The translations under genes and the position numbers were made by a program. From contig JAHZGX010000034.1 of the NCBI GenBank assembly GCA_019420585.1, positions 36,659 to 100,658 on the forward strand: 64,000 bases of DNA. Direction: 5' to 3'. Below, in pieces: positions 9,461 through 19,016 of the stretch (the stretch's first letter is position 1; every line of letters begins with the position of its first letter). Below the pieces are notes generated by a model. The model worked only from the letters and a program-made list of their open reading frames with translations, did no database searches and was not told the DNA's origin. Origin of the DNA: Prevotellaceae bacterium. Its GTDB lineage: Bacteria > Bacteroidota > Bacteroidia > Bacteroidales > Bacteroidaceae.

Positions 9461-10695
9461 AAAAACTGAAGATTTTAATCTCCGCCTACGCCTGCGAACC
9501 GGGACTTGGCAGCGAAATAGGTGTGGGGTGGCATTGGGTGTTGGAGATGTCCAAATATTTTGAATTGTGGGTGCTGACACGTGAAAGTAATCGCCACACC
9601 ATCGAACCGTGGATAGCAGAGCATCCTGAATACAAGCATATTCGTTTTCTTTATTACGATTGGCCCAAATGGGCACGGTTTTGGAAGAAGGGTCTGCGTG
9701 GGGTGCGCACTTATTATAATATATGGCAATACTGTACTAACCGTATCGTAAAACGAACGATGCAGGAGAACGGCATCAGGATATTCCATCATCTGACCTA
9801 TGGCAATGTATTGTGGAAAGTAAGCAGCTACGGGCAGAAGCAGTTTTTCGTCTGGGGGCCGGTAGGAGGACTGGAGAGTATTCCAGAGGAATATTCGCGG
9901 CACTACGACAAAAAGTCAAGAATGATTGAAAAAGTCCGCAGAGTCGTAACTTCAATGGCTGTATGGAACAGGGGATTCCGAAAGCGTTGCAAACAAGCCG
10001 ATTTGATTCTTTGCAAAACAGAAATAACACGCAACCTAATTCCGCAAAAACAAATGGAGAAAGCCACACTCTTTACGGACGTGGCGGCAGACATTTCTTG
10101 TGCATCCGGTTTGGGCAAGAAAACGGAGCAGAACGTTACTGAATTTATTACTGTAGGCCATTTGGATGCGTGGCGTGGATTTGACCTCATTATAGAGGCA
10201 TTGCCAAAAGTGATTGCCCAGAATCCAAAGGTTCATTTGACCATCGTAGGAAATGGACCGGACGAGGCTCGCTTGGAACGGTTGGTGAAAAAGCATGCTT
10301 TGGAATCCTTTGTGACATTGGCCGGCAAGGTATCCATGAATACTTACAAGGACTTGATGAGGAATGCGGATGTGGTGGTAAATGCCGCTTTGAAAGAAGG
10401 AGCGGTAACTGTGTCATTCGACAGCATGGCGATGGGGAAACCATTGATTTGTTTAGATACGACCGGCTATACTCGTTATTTCACAAATGACTATGCAATA
10501 CTAATTCCTCGGAAAGGAAGAACAGAAGTTATTCAACATTTAGAAAAAGCCATGTTGAGAATGACCCAACCGGAAGAACGGGATAGACTTGGAAGAAAAG
10601 CGCAAGAGGTTTCCAAAAAGTTTTCATGGGAGAATCATGGGAAGGAGATAAGAGATGCGATAATAAAAGCATATACTTCTTATTCGACAAAATAA
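9457..10695 (+). CDS. glycosyltransferase family 1 (GT4)
   Basis: MKKLKILISAYACEPGLGSEIGVGW start, and a C-terminal EG....S..MAMGKPLIC motif region. ATGA overlap with the upstream gene. Confidence 0.8.
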   Translation: MKKLKILISAYACEPGLGSEIGVGWHWVLEMSKYFELWVLTRESNRHTIEPWIAEHPEYKHIRFLYYDWPKWARFWKKGLRGVRTYYNIWQYCTNRIVKRTMQENGIRIFHHLTYGNVLWKVSSYGQKQFFVWGPVGGLESIPEEYSRHYDKKSRMIEKVRRVVTSMAVWNRGFRKRCKQADLILCKTEITRNLIPQKQMEKATLFTDVAADISCASGLGKKTEQNVTEFITVGHLDAWRGFDLIIEALPKVIAQNPKVHLTIVGNGPDEARLERLVKKHALESFVTLAGKVSMNTYKDLMRNADVVVNAALKEGAVTVSFDSMAMGKPLICLDTTGYTRYFTNDYAILIPRKGRTEVIQHLEKAMLRMTQPEERDRLGRKAQEVSKKFSWENHGKEIRDAIIKAYTSYSTK

Positions 10696-11799
10696 ATGCA
10701 AATAGATTCTATATTGGCCTGTTTGCTGAAAAAAGGAACGGGCGAATGTTCTTATCGCTTCTCCAATGCCGATGGTAAGACATGGATAATGCCTACACGG
10801 AACATGCGGATAGCCATGCACCTCTACCAGCCCAGCGGACGAAACGGGAAATTGGTGAAAGCATTGTTTCCTTGGCTACACGGAATGCCATTTGTGCGGA
10901 AAGTGATTCATGCGGAAAGGTTGCGTTGCAAACTCAGTGGCAAACTAGAACAATTGCTTTGTAGGCTATTCCATGAAGAGGAAATTGAATTCTCCATATT
11001 CGGAGGTACGCCTTGTGTACATCAAAAAGTGACGATACAAATAAGCAAGGGATGCCGCATTTTAGGATATTGCAAGGTGACAGACAGCCATGAAGTAGCG
11101 GCACTGTTCCGAAGTGAAGCTGATTTACTGGAACATCTGAAAAGACAAGGGATGGAAGGGGTGCCTCAGGCTCTTTTCTGCGGTGAACTGATGGAAGGCG
11201 TGTTCCTTTTCGTACAGAATACCACAAAAACACGACAGTCGAAAGTACTGCATGAATGGAGCAACCTACACGAGCATTTTCTGAATGAATTGCAAAGGAA
11301 AACGGTTCAGAATATAACATTTGAAAAGAGTGATTACTACAGAGTAGTACAAGGTTTACAATCACACATGGATTGGCTTCCGGAGTTCATGAATCGAAAT
11401 GTCATCGAAAAGATGATAAATAAGATTGTTAATTCATATAAAGGACAGGTTGTAGATTTCTCGGCTTACCATGCAGATTTTACCCCATGGAATATGTTTG
11501 TAGAGAAGAACCGTTTGTTTGTCTTCGATTGGGAATATACCCGTACAACTTATCCTCCGATGCTGGATCGATATCATTTCTTCACGCAAACCGCCATTTT
11601 TGAAAAGCATTGGCAGGGGAAAGAGGTTATCGCGTTCCTCCAGTCTCCTAATGCCGATTGGGTAAACAAGGAGAGGTACACACTTTATCTATTGGACATC
11701 ATTTCCCGATTTACGGTGCGTGAGAAAGGAACTATTGAGGGGGACATTGCCCACTCGATGAAGATTTGGAACGATTTATTAGTATATCTAAATAAATGA
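10696..11799 (+). CDS. aminoglycoside/choline-kinase-fold phosphotransferase (APH family)
   Basis: Catalytic Brenner motif HADFTPWN followed by VFDWEY (the D-x-E metal-binding region). Starts immediately after the upstream stop. Confidence 0.7.
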   Translation: MQIDSILACLLKKGTGECSYRFSNADGKTWIMPTRNMRIAMHLYQPSGRNGKLVKALFPWLHGMPFVRKVIHAERLRCKLSGKLEQLLCRLFHEEEIEFSIFGGTPCVHQKVTIQISKGCRILGYCKVTDSHEVAALFRSEADLLEHLKRQGMEGVPQALFCGELMEGVFLFVQNTTKTRQSKVLHEWSNLHEHFLNELQRKTVQNITFEKSDYYRVVQGLQSHMDWLPEFMNRNVIEKMINKIVNSYKGQVVDFSAYHADFTPWNMFVEKNRLFVFDWEYTRTTYPPMLDRYHFFTQTAIFEKHWQGKEVIAFLQSPNADWVNKERYTLYLLDIISRFTVREKGTIEGDIAHSMKIWNDLLVYLNK

Positions 11800-12875
11800 A
11801 ACACATCGTTTGTTTCCATCTTTTCAACGACTACAGCGGCAGCCCTAAGGTGTTGAAGATGGTATTAGAGGGCTTGTTAAAGAAAGGCTATCAAGTGGAT
11901 TTGGTATCGTCCAAAGGTGGAGTTTTGGATGAACTGCTGCGCTATAAAAATTTGCATAAGCATTCTTATCCATATAAGTTTTCTAACAATCCCTTGCTTA
12001 CAATGCTGCGTTATTGCCTGGTGCAACTCTATACTTTCTTTCTGTCCTTCCGTTGGCTGTTCTGTAAAAATGTAGTATTTTATATCAATACTTTACTACC
12101 TGTTGGCCCTGCGTTGGCAGGTCGAATAATGGGCAAGCGTGTTGTCTATCACTATCACGAAAATGCCTTTGTCAAGGGGGCTTTTTATAAGACATTGGCT
12201 GCATTGATGCAAAAGTTGGCTCATGAGATTATTTGCGTTTCTAAATACCAAGCATCATTTCTAAAACGCACACATGGGGTGACAATCATTCCAAATGCTT
12301 TGCCACTGGAATTTACGGGCAGACTAATACCGAATAAAGAGACGGCTTTCGAGCGAAAGCGAATACTGATGTTAGGTTCGTTGAAACTTTACAAAAGTCC
12401 ATTAGAGTTTATCAGTCTGGCACAACAATTACCGCAGTTTGCCTTTGAACTGATAGTGAACGACACGCAGGAGAACATCGACCTGTTCATTACAGAACAC
12501 AAGGTAAATATCAGCAAGAATCTGACTATCTATCCCCGGCAAAGCGATGTGGCACCATTCTATAACCGGGCTTCGTTGGTGCTGAATCTTTCCAACAAAA
12601 AACTATTTATCGAAACATTCGGATTGACTGCTTTGGAAGCCATGAATGCCGGACTCCCCGTGATAGTGCCTACCGAAGGAGGCATTGCGGAGATGGTAGA
12701 AGATGGGGTGAACGGTTATAAGATAGATGTACAAAATTTGAATAGCATTGCAGAATGTATCGACCAAATGCTATCGAACCAAGAACTTTATACAAAATTA
12801 TCCGATAATGCATTGCGTTATGCAGAAAAATACAATGCCGATGCGATGATAGACGGCATCCTTTCTCATTTTTAA
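11796..12875 (+). CDS. glycosyltransferase family 1 (GT4)
   Basis: C-terminal ETFGLTALEAMNAGLPVIVPTEGGIAEMVEDGVNGY is the canonical GT1 E-x7-E region. ATGA overlap with the upstream gene. Confidence 0.85.
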   Translation: MKHIVCFHLFNDYSGSPKVLKMVLEGLLKKGYQVDLVSSKGGVLDELLRYKNLHKHSYPYKFSNNPLLTMLRYCLVQLYTFFLSFRWLFCKNVVFYINTLLPVGPALAGRIMGKRVVYHYHENAFVKGAFYKTLAALMQKLAHEIICVSKYQASFLKRTHGVTIIPNALPLEFTGRLIPNKETAFERKRILMLGSLKLYKSPLEFISLAQQLPQFAFELIVNDTQENIDLFITEHKVNISKNLTIYPRQSDVAPFYNRASLVLNLSNKKLFIETFGLTALEAMNAGLPVIVPTEGGIAEMVEDGVNGYKIDVQNLNSIAECIDQMLSNQELYTKLSDNALRYAEKYNADAMIDGILSHF

Positions 12876-12894
12876 TAACACACTGATTTTTTGT

Positions 12895-13971
12895 ATGAAA
12901 CAAGTTGCTATTGTGGGCATCCAAGGGGTGCCTGCAAAGTATGGCGGCTTCGAGACATTGGTGGAGAACATGATTGGTGAAAACTGTTCTCCCGAGGTCT
13001 GCTATACCATTTTTTGCAGCGGCAAAGACTATACCGCTCACATGGATACGTATAAGGGAGCAAGGCTGAAATATGTGCCACTGTTCCATGCCAACGGGGC
13101 ACAGAGTACGCCTTACGACATACTCTCGATGCTGAAATGCCTGCGAGGATATGACACGGTATTGATATTGGGCGTATCAGGTTGCATCTTTCTCCCTATA
13201 TTCCGATTGCTGTATCGCAAACGGCTGATTGTGAACATTGATGGATTGGAACATAAACGAGATAAGTGGGGAACGTTCGCCAAATGGTTTCTGCGTACCA
13301 GTGAGGCAATGGCGGTGAAATATGCCGATGTGGTGATAGCCGACAATAAGGGTATACAGGACTATGTAACAGAGACCTATGGCAAAACGTCAGAACTGAT
13401 AGCCTATGGTGGCGACCATGCGCAAAGAGAGGTGTCGGAGGAGCGGCAACAGGAGATATTGAACAAATATGGAGTAAAGTCAAATGATTATGCCATCAGC
13501 GTATGTAGAATCGAGCCGGAGAACAACAGCCACATTCTTTGTGAAGCCTTTGCCAAAAGTGGAAGGGACTTGGTCTTTGTCGGGAATTGGGAGCGCAGCG
13601 AGTACAGCCGTAATCTGAAGAAGGAGTATGGTTCGTATAGCAATATCCGTATGGTGGATTCCGTTTACGACTTGGACGAATTATATGCCTTGCGCAATCA
13701 ATGCGAATGTTATATCCACGGTCATAGCGCCGGAGGAACAAATCCGTCACTTGTGGAAGCCATGTCGTTTGGCAAGCCGATAATCGCATTTGATGTGGTC
13801 TATAACCGGGAGACGACGGAAAACAAGGCTTACTATTTTAAAAATAGCAACCAGTTGGTGGAACTGGTGTCGCAAAAAGAAAAGGACGGAGCGTCCATGA
13901 AGGAGATTGCCAAATGGCGATATACTTGGAAGCATATAGCAAAACAGTATGAGGCTTTATATGGGATTTAG
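12895..13971 (+). CDS. DUF1972-type family 1 glycosyltransferase (RgpA/WchF-like rhamnosyltransferase family)
   Basis: The N-terminus VAIVGIQGVPAKYGGFETLVENM is characteristic of DUF1972. The C-terminus HGHSAGGTNPSLVEAM is the GT1 motif. Confidence 0.75.
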   Translation: MKQVAIVGIQGVPAKYGGFETLVENMIGENCSPEVCYTIFCSGKDYTAHMDTYKGARLKYVPLFHANGAQSTPYDILSMLKCLRGYDTVLILGVSGCIFLPIFRLLYRKRLIVNIDGLEHKRDKWGTFAKWFLRTSEAMAVKYADVVIADNKGIQDYVTETYGKTSELIAYGGDHAQREVSEERQQEILNKYGVKSNDYAISVCRIEPENNSHILCEAFAKSGRDLVFVGNWERSEYSRNLKKEYGSYSNIRMVDSVYDLDELYALRNQCECYIHGHSAGGTNPSLVEAMSFGKPIIAFDVVYNRETTENKAYYFKNSNQLVELVSQKEKDGASMKEIAKWRYTWKHIAKQYEALYGI

Positions 13972-14866
13972 GTTGAAGGCAAGAGTGTCTTTCACCGTTT
14001 TGTTGTTGATGGTTTTGGCAAAAGTTGTCGCCCAAGAAGCGGTGAAACCCAACGTGGAAATTTTTGCAGGGGCGGAACTTCATTACAGAGACTTCTTCTA
14101 CGCAAAGATGTATGAAGTGTTGGTGAATGTGACGCCCGGAGTGAAGTGGCATTTCGGTGACCGATGGCAATTAGCGGGGCAAGCCATCGTTCCGGTTTAT
14201 AACGACTATGGGGACCGCTACAAGAAGATACGCCTGAATATGGCGGTGCTGTCGAAAGAATGGGATTGGAATAAGAAGCAATTCTTAAAGGTGAGCGGAG
14301 GATTGTTTGGAAAAGAACGCTACGGGTTGGATGCCAAATGGATGTATCCCGTAAACAGATGGTTGGCGTTGGATGCGCAACTGGGGCTGACAGGGTTTTG
14401 CTCCATGGCTGCCGATTGGGAATGTAGCAAGATGGAAAGAGTGACCGGACAAGCCGGAGTGAACCTATATATAGAGAAAGTAAATACGGAATTTAGGCTG
14501 CACGGAGGACGGTATCTTTATGAAGATTACGGAGTGATGGCCGAAGCGATGCGCCATTTCAGGCATTGCACGGTAGGACTTTATGCGCAATACAGTGACA
14601 AAGGAAAAGAGACGGCCGGTTTCAAGGTGGTAATGATGATTCCACCGTACAAGCGGAAGGCGCGTAAGGTGATGGTTCGTCCCGCCTCAAATTTCAGGCT
14701 GACATATGACATCAACGGATTGCCCTACGCTGTGAAGATGTACACCACCGATCCAGAAGAGAACGAACGTGAAGGACACTTTGACCGTAACCGATTGCAA
14801 TGGGGTGCCAATCGCATGGTTCCGGATTTTAAACTTAGAGAAAAGGAGGTGCGAAATGTGGAATAA
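13961..14866 (+). CDS. secreted YjbH-like (exopolysaccharide-associated outer-membrane) protein
   Basis: Signal peptide (VLLLMVLAKVVAQE), beta-strand-rich alternating pattern, and position at the end of the glycan operon. The family assignment is from memory of the YjbH/GfcD family and is tentative. The start at 13961 overlaps the upstream stop by 11 nt. Confidence 0.4.
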   Translation: MGFRLKARVSFTVLLLMVLAKVVAQEAVKPNVEIFAGAELHYRDFFYAKMYEVLVNVTPGVKWHFGDRWQLAGQAIVPVYNDYGDRYKKIRLNMAVLSKEWDWNKKQFLKVSGGLFGKERYGLDAKWMYPVNRWLALDAQLGLTGFCSMAADWECSKMERVTGQAGVNLYIEKVNTEFRLHGGRYLYEDYGVMAEAMRHFRHCTVGLYAQYSDKGKETAGFKVVMMIPPYKRKARKVMVRPASNFRLTYDINGLPYAVKMYTTDPEENEREGHFDRNRLQWGANRMVPDFKLREKEVRNVE

Positions 14867-14876
14867 GGAATACCGG

Positions 14877-15671
14877 ATGAAGATTCTACGATGCGTATTT
14901 GTCGGGATACTTCTAACCGCTTTGTCTTTTACCGCTGCCGCACAGCAATATACCGGTATGAGCGGGCTGATTCATGTACCAAGTGCAGAGATGGACGATG
15001 CCGGTGAAGCACGTATAGGCGTTCACTTCCTGAACAGGGAGTTTACACCGGATATCGGGTTTGATTATGAAGGTAAGTACCATACAATGAGCCATTATTT
15101 GAGCCTTACTCCTTTTTCTTGGTTGGAAATTGGTTATACCTGTACTTTACAGAAAGGACGTGCCATAAATAATGAGGGGATAGTGCAAGACGGTAAACCC
15201 AAACTTCGTTTCAAGGATCGTTATTTCTCACTCAAACTACAACCTTTAAAAGAAGGGAAATGGTGGCCTGCCATCGCAATAGGAACCAATGACCCATACG
15301 GAACAGACAATAAAAATGGAACAGGTAAGGAGGGAGAAAAGCCTCAAAATGGTGATGGGAAAAGCCAATATTTCTCCAACTTCTATATCGCCGCCACCAA
15401 GCACCTCGACCTGAAAGGACATAGCCTCGGCTTCCATCTGGCATACCGCCATTGGAAACGAAGCTATAATAGCAAATGGAACGGTCCGGTAGGCGGTATC
15501 ACCTATCAGCCTTCTTTCCAAAAGAACCTGCGCCTGATAGCCGAATATACAGGCGATGATGTGAATGTAGGTTTCGACTGGAAACTATGGAAGCATCTGC
15601 TGATACAGTCTTCCTTGCAGAACGGGAAATACTTCTCTGGAGGTGTCTGCTTCTGCATCAATCTATTGTGA
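14877..15671 (+). CDS. secreted YjbH-like outer-membrane protein (paralogous context partner of 13961-14866)
   Basis: Signal peptide MKILRCVFVGILLTALSFTAAAQQ followed by YTGMSGLIHVPSAEM, which resembles the YjbH N-terminal motif. The ATG at 14877 lies after the upstream stop; the ORF-track start at 14769 overlaps the previous gene. Confidence 0.45.
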   Translation: MKILRCVFVGILLTALSFTAAAQQYTGMSGLIHVPSAEMDDAGEARIGVHFLNREFTPDIGFDYEGKYHTMSHYLSLTPFSWLEIGYTCTLQKGRAINNEGIVQDGKPKLRFKDRYFSLKLQPLKEGKWWPAIAIGTNDPYGTDNKNGTGKEGEKPQNGDGKSQYFSNFYIAATKHLDLKGHSLGFHLAYRHWKRSYNSKWNGPVGGITYQPSFQKNLRLIAEYTGDDVNVGFDWKLWKHLLIQSSLQNGKYFSGGVCFCINLL

Positions 15672-15727
15672 TTTAACCATTTACGTTTAACTATAAACAT
15701 TTTAAATCATTTTTTATGTACAACTTC

Positions 15728-16927
15728 ATGAAGAAAGGAGCCATGATGCTCCTGATTGCCGGTTTGGCAATGAGTGTGACTAATTGTAGTGACGATGACC
15801 CAAATTATGACAACGTGACTCCGCCGGAAGTGGCGATTGCCCCGAATACATTGAAAGGTATCATTACAAGTATCAACGGAAGTGCCATTTCCAATGCGAC
15901 CGTTACATTGGGAACGGAAAAGGCTACAAGTGACGCAAACGGCGTGTATATGTTTGCAGATGTAAAGCCAGGTACTTACACCATCAAAGCGGAAGCAGAC
16001 GGTAAACAAACGAAAGAGGCAGAAATCACTGTGGAAGATACTAAGAAGAGCCAAAACCTAGTGTGGAATGCCAGCCTGGCCGCTGATGTCAAGGAAGAAG
16101 TGGCTGTATCTGCGACAGAAGAGACAAAAGGCGATGTGGAGACAGAAGCCTTGAAAGACAATGACCAAGCCATCGTAAACGTGGAAGCCATCGTTCCTGC
16201 TGATGCCATAGAAACAACCGAAGGCGAAGAAGTGAAAATTATTATCTCTCCCATTTACGATGCCAACGCTGTGGTAGGAAAGACAAGAGCCGCTACCCGT
16301 GCAGACGAATCGACTTTACTCTTGGGTGCCAGCCTGTCTTGTAATAAAGCTGAGGTTTCTTTGGCTAAACCTGTGGAATTGGGGTTCAGCGTAGATGACG
16401 AAGTTGCGCAATCCGTCGAAGCCAAACAGTTCAAAAACGGCCAGTGGGTGGCTGTTGAAAGCCGTATTGAGAACGGAAAGGTAATCATAAACGCCACAGA
16501 GTTCACGGCATACGGTCTGTTCCTCGGTATTTCCTTCTCCACATCCAACGGAAGCGAGACCATTTCTTTCGAGCAGAACAAGTGGGACAACCTATATGGT
16601 GCCAAAAGCATGGCAGTAGGCAGTGCCAATTACACTTACAAAGCCGGTACGGAAATCACAACCAAAGCAACCTCCGTGCTGACAGCCCTGCTGATTGAGA
16701 AGTTGGCTCAGCGTTTTGGCGCATCGGTTTCTACCGTAAACGGCAGCTACCCGCTGAACGTGACATTGCCTATCGGTACCATCCTGACCATCAACGGTAC
16801 GCAAAGCAAGCAAAACGTAACTGTAAGTGCAAAGGGTAAGAGCGTGAGCGGTACACATTACGGAACGGTGTCGGTTGTTGTAACCACTTCTAACCGTAAA
16901 CATAACGGTGGAACAAACTTAGGATAA
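15728..16927 (+). CDS. surface lipoprotein with carboxypeptidase-regulatory-like (CarbopepD_reg) domain
   Basis: Lipoprotein signal MKKGAMMLLIAGLAMSVTNC followed by SDDDP, which matches the Bacteroides surface lipoprotein export signal. GIITSINGSAISNATVTLG...ANGVYMFADVKPGTYTIKAEADG matches the CarbopepD_reg fold. An alternative start is at 15716. Confidence 0.6.
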   Translation: MKKGAMMLLIAGLAMSVTNCSDDDPNYDNVTPPEVAIAPNTLKGIITSINGSAISNATVTLGTEKATSDANGVYMFADVKPGTYTIKAEADGKQTKEAEITVEDTKKSQNLVWNASLAADVKEEVAVSATEETKGDVETEALKDNDQAIVNVEAIVPADAIETTEGEEVKIIISPIYDANAVVGKTRAATRADESTLLLGASLSCNKAEVSLAKPVELGFSVDDEVAQSVEAKQFKNGQWVAVESRIENGKVIINATEFTAYGLFLGISFSTSNGSETISFEQNKWDNLYGAKSMAVGSANYTYKAGTEITTKATSVLTALLIEKLAQRFGASVSTVNGSYPLNVTLPIGTILTINGTQSKQNVTVSAKGKSVSGTHYGTVSVVVTTSNRKHNGGTNLG

Positions 16928-16966
16928 TAATTTTTCATCTCAACTGACTTTTCAGTCAATTCAAAA

Positions 16967-17003
16967 TGGTGTTTGCCCCAAAAAGGCAAGCACCATTTTT
17001 TTT
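16967..17003 (+). terminator. Rho-independent terminator closing the glycan operon
   Basis: tggtgtttgcc / ggcaagcacca stem (11 bp, one G-U), 7-nt loop, then T8. Confidence 0.8.
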
Positions 17004-17050
17004 ATAAAGCCTTTCACGCCATTCACGTCCTTTGTATTCGGAAAAAACGA

Positions 17051-17058
17051 TACCTTTG
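17051..17058 (+). promoter_or_regulatory. Bacteroidota -7 promoter box TACCTTTG
   Basis: Matches TAnnTTTG, 27 nt upstream of the ATG at 17085. Confidence 0.5.
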
Positions 17059-17084
17059 CAAGTCGTTGTCATACAGCAAAAGTC

Positions 17085-17711
17085 ATGAAAGAAGTAAATC
17101 CCCAAGAAACCACTCGGGCATACGCCTTTGAGATGTGGATGAAGGCACCTATGCCGATGGTGACATTCTTCAAGACACTCAATGTGTCACGCCTTGTGAA
17201 AATCAGCAGAAGAACAGACATGAAGTTCAACATGCTGATGTGCTGGTGCATAGGTAGGGCGGCAAGTAACGTGAAGGAATTTTACCTGCTCCCCGTGGGA
17301 GACAAACTGATACAATACGATACCGTTGCAGTAAACACCATCGTTGCCAACAAAGAGGGCGAAGTAAGTTCGTGTGACATACCTTTCGATGAGAATCTGT
17401 CACAATTCAACGAACATTATCTGCGACTTACCAAACAAGTTGCAGAAAGTTGCATCAACCATGACTTGACGGAAAGCATGGTCATCGGTACTTCAGCATT
17501 GACACAATATGAAATAGACGGAGCAGTCGGTATGTATAGCGGCATCTTCAACAATCCGTTCCTTATTTGGGGAAAATACAAACGGCACCTATTGAAAACG
17601 ACACTCACCGTTTCTTTCCAGTTCCACCATACACAAATGGATGGAGCACACGCTTCTCGCTTTTTGGACGGAATACAGAAAGAAATCAATAATCTGAGAA
17701 TACGAGACTAA
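17085..17711 (+). CDS. chloramphenicol-acetyltransferase-family (CAT, type A fold) acetyltransferase
   Basis: The C-terminal PFLIWGKYKRHLLKTTLTVSFQFHHTQMDGAHASRFL aligns with the CAT active-site block (PVFTMGKY...LPLAIQVHHAVCDGFH). Length is 208 aa. Confidence 0.75.
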   Translation: MKEVNPQETTRAYAFEMWMKAPMPMVTFFKTLNVSRLVKISRRTDMKFNMLMCWCIGRAASNVKEFYLLPVGDKLIQYDTVAVNTIVANKEGEVSSCDIPFDENLSQFNEHYLRLTKQVAESCINHDLTESMVIGTSALTQYEIDGAVGMYSGIFNNPFLIWGKYKRHLLKTTLTVSFQFHHTQMDGAHASRFLDGIQKEINNLRIRD

Positions 17712-17807
17712 GGAGGATTAGACTTAATCCAATAACAGATTACGTCAATACTGATTTTATACATATTGCAATTATTTCTAGCGAGTTTTTTATTCATAAA
17801 ACTTCAC

Positions 17808-19016
17808 CTACAAGGATTTCAGAATAAGATTGTTTGCCTTGTCAACTACCGAAGCATCCAGTGAGGCGAGATAGATGCGTGTGGTATTTTCCGAATCATG
17901 CCCCATTGCCTCGCTGATGGTGGAAATTGATATGTTCTTGCTTTTGGCAATACTGGCCCACCCATGCCGGGCAACATATGTAGTCAGAGGAACAGGCAAT
18001 CCAAGTTGCTTTCCTATCTTCTTCAACTTGCTGTTTACAAAGTGAACTCCATTCCTGTATTGCAGTCTTTCGTCCTTCCCTGTGTCTTTTATGACCGGCA
18101 ACAGGTATGGGGTGTCTATGGTATTATACTTGTCTACTATCTCCTGCATGGGTTTCTCCCATTTGATGAACAGTTGCTGATTGGTCTTCTTGCGGCAGTA
18201 ACTCAATATACCATTCCGCAAGTCTTTCTTCTTCAGGAAAGCCATGTCTATGAATGACATTCCACGGGTATAAAAACTGAACATGAAGATGTCTCTTGCA
18301 TAGTCCATTGACGGATTCAAGGTCAAGTCCATATCCTTTATCTGGCGGATGGCATTCAAAGATATGGCACGCTTGACAGTCTTGCCTATTCCCGTATACA
18401 CATGCCTGAAGGGATAACGCTGCGCTGTCAGTTCCTTTTCCACGGCACGATTATAGACAGCGCGGAGGTTACGCATGTAAAAAGACGAAGTATTAGGACA
18501 GATGCCGGTTCCTGTCAGATAAGCCTCGTATTCCATCATCAGATTGGGTTCAACCTCTTCCAATGACACATCCTGATCTTTCCTGAACCGGGCAAAACTA
18601 TTCATAGCAATCAAATAAGTTTCAGCCGTGCGAACCTTACCTATTTGCTTCAATCGGCAAGCAAGTTCCCTGCCAAACAGAATAAACCCGCCAACCTTGC
18701 CAGAAGCCACAAACACTTCCACGACCTTTTCTGCCGTATAACCATTTCCCGTATGCTCAAGATGCGCGATAATGCCGGTCAGACGTCTTACATCTTCCAA
18801 CATGCTCTCTCTGATGCGGCACAAATAGTTCTTTCTGTCAGATTCAACATTTGTGGGAATGGACACTTCTGAACGTCTTCCATTCCATTCGTCCGGATAT
18901 AACTTGTATCCGGATTGCACCTGTCTCGCCACCCGATTATGAATAATTTGATAGAACAATGTACCTTCATTCTTCATGACGGAAGATGCACGGAATTTTA
19001 TCTTTACTGTTGCCAT
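17808..19016 (-). mobile_element. tyrosine site-specific integrase/recombinase (Bacteroides type)
   Basis: The N-terminal arm-binding-like start is MATVKIKFRASS...GTLFYQIIHNR. The C-terminal catalytic region has ARHGWASIA..., HDSENTTRIYL (the R...H-x-x-R...Y pattern). Confidence 0.85.

Noticed and set aside
17085-17711. Calling the CAT-family gene a bona fide chloramphenicol-resistance determinant (catA).
   Set aside because: Only the fold and active-site block (HHxxxDG) are recognisable. Many CAT-family proteins in Bacteroidota are uncharacterised, and the rest of the sequence is not close to the classical CatA I can recall. It is reported as family-level only.
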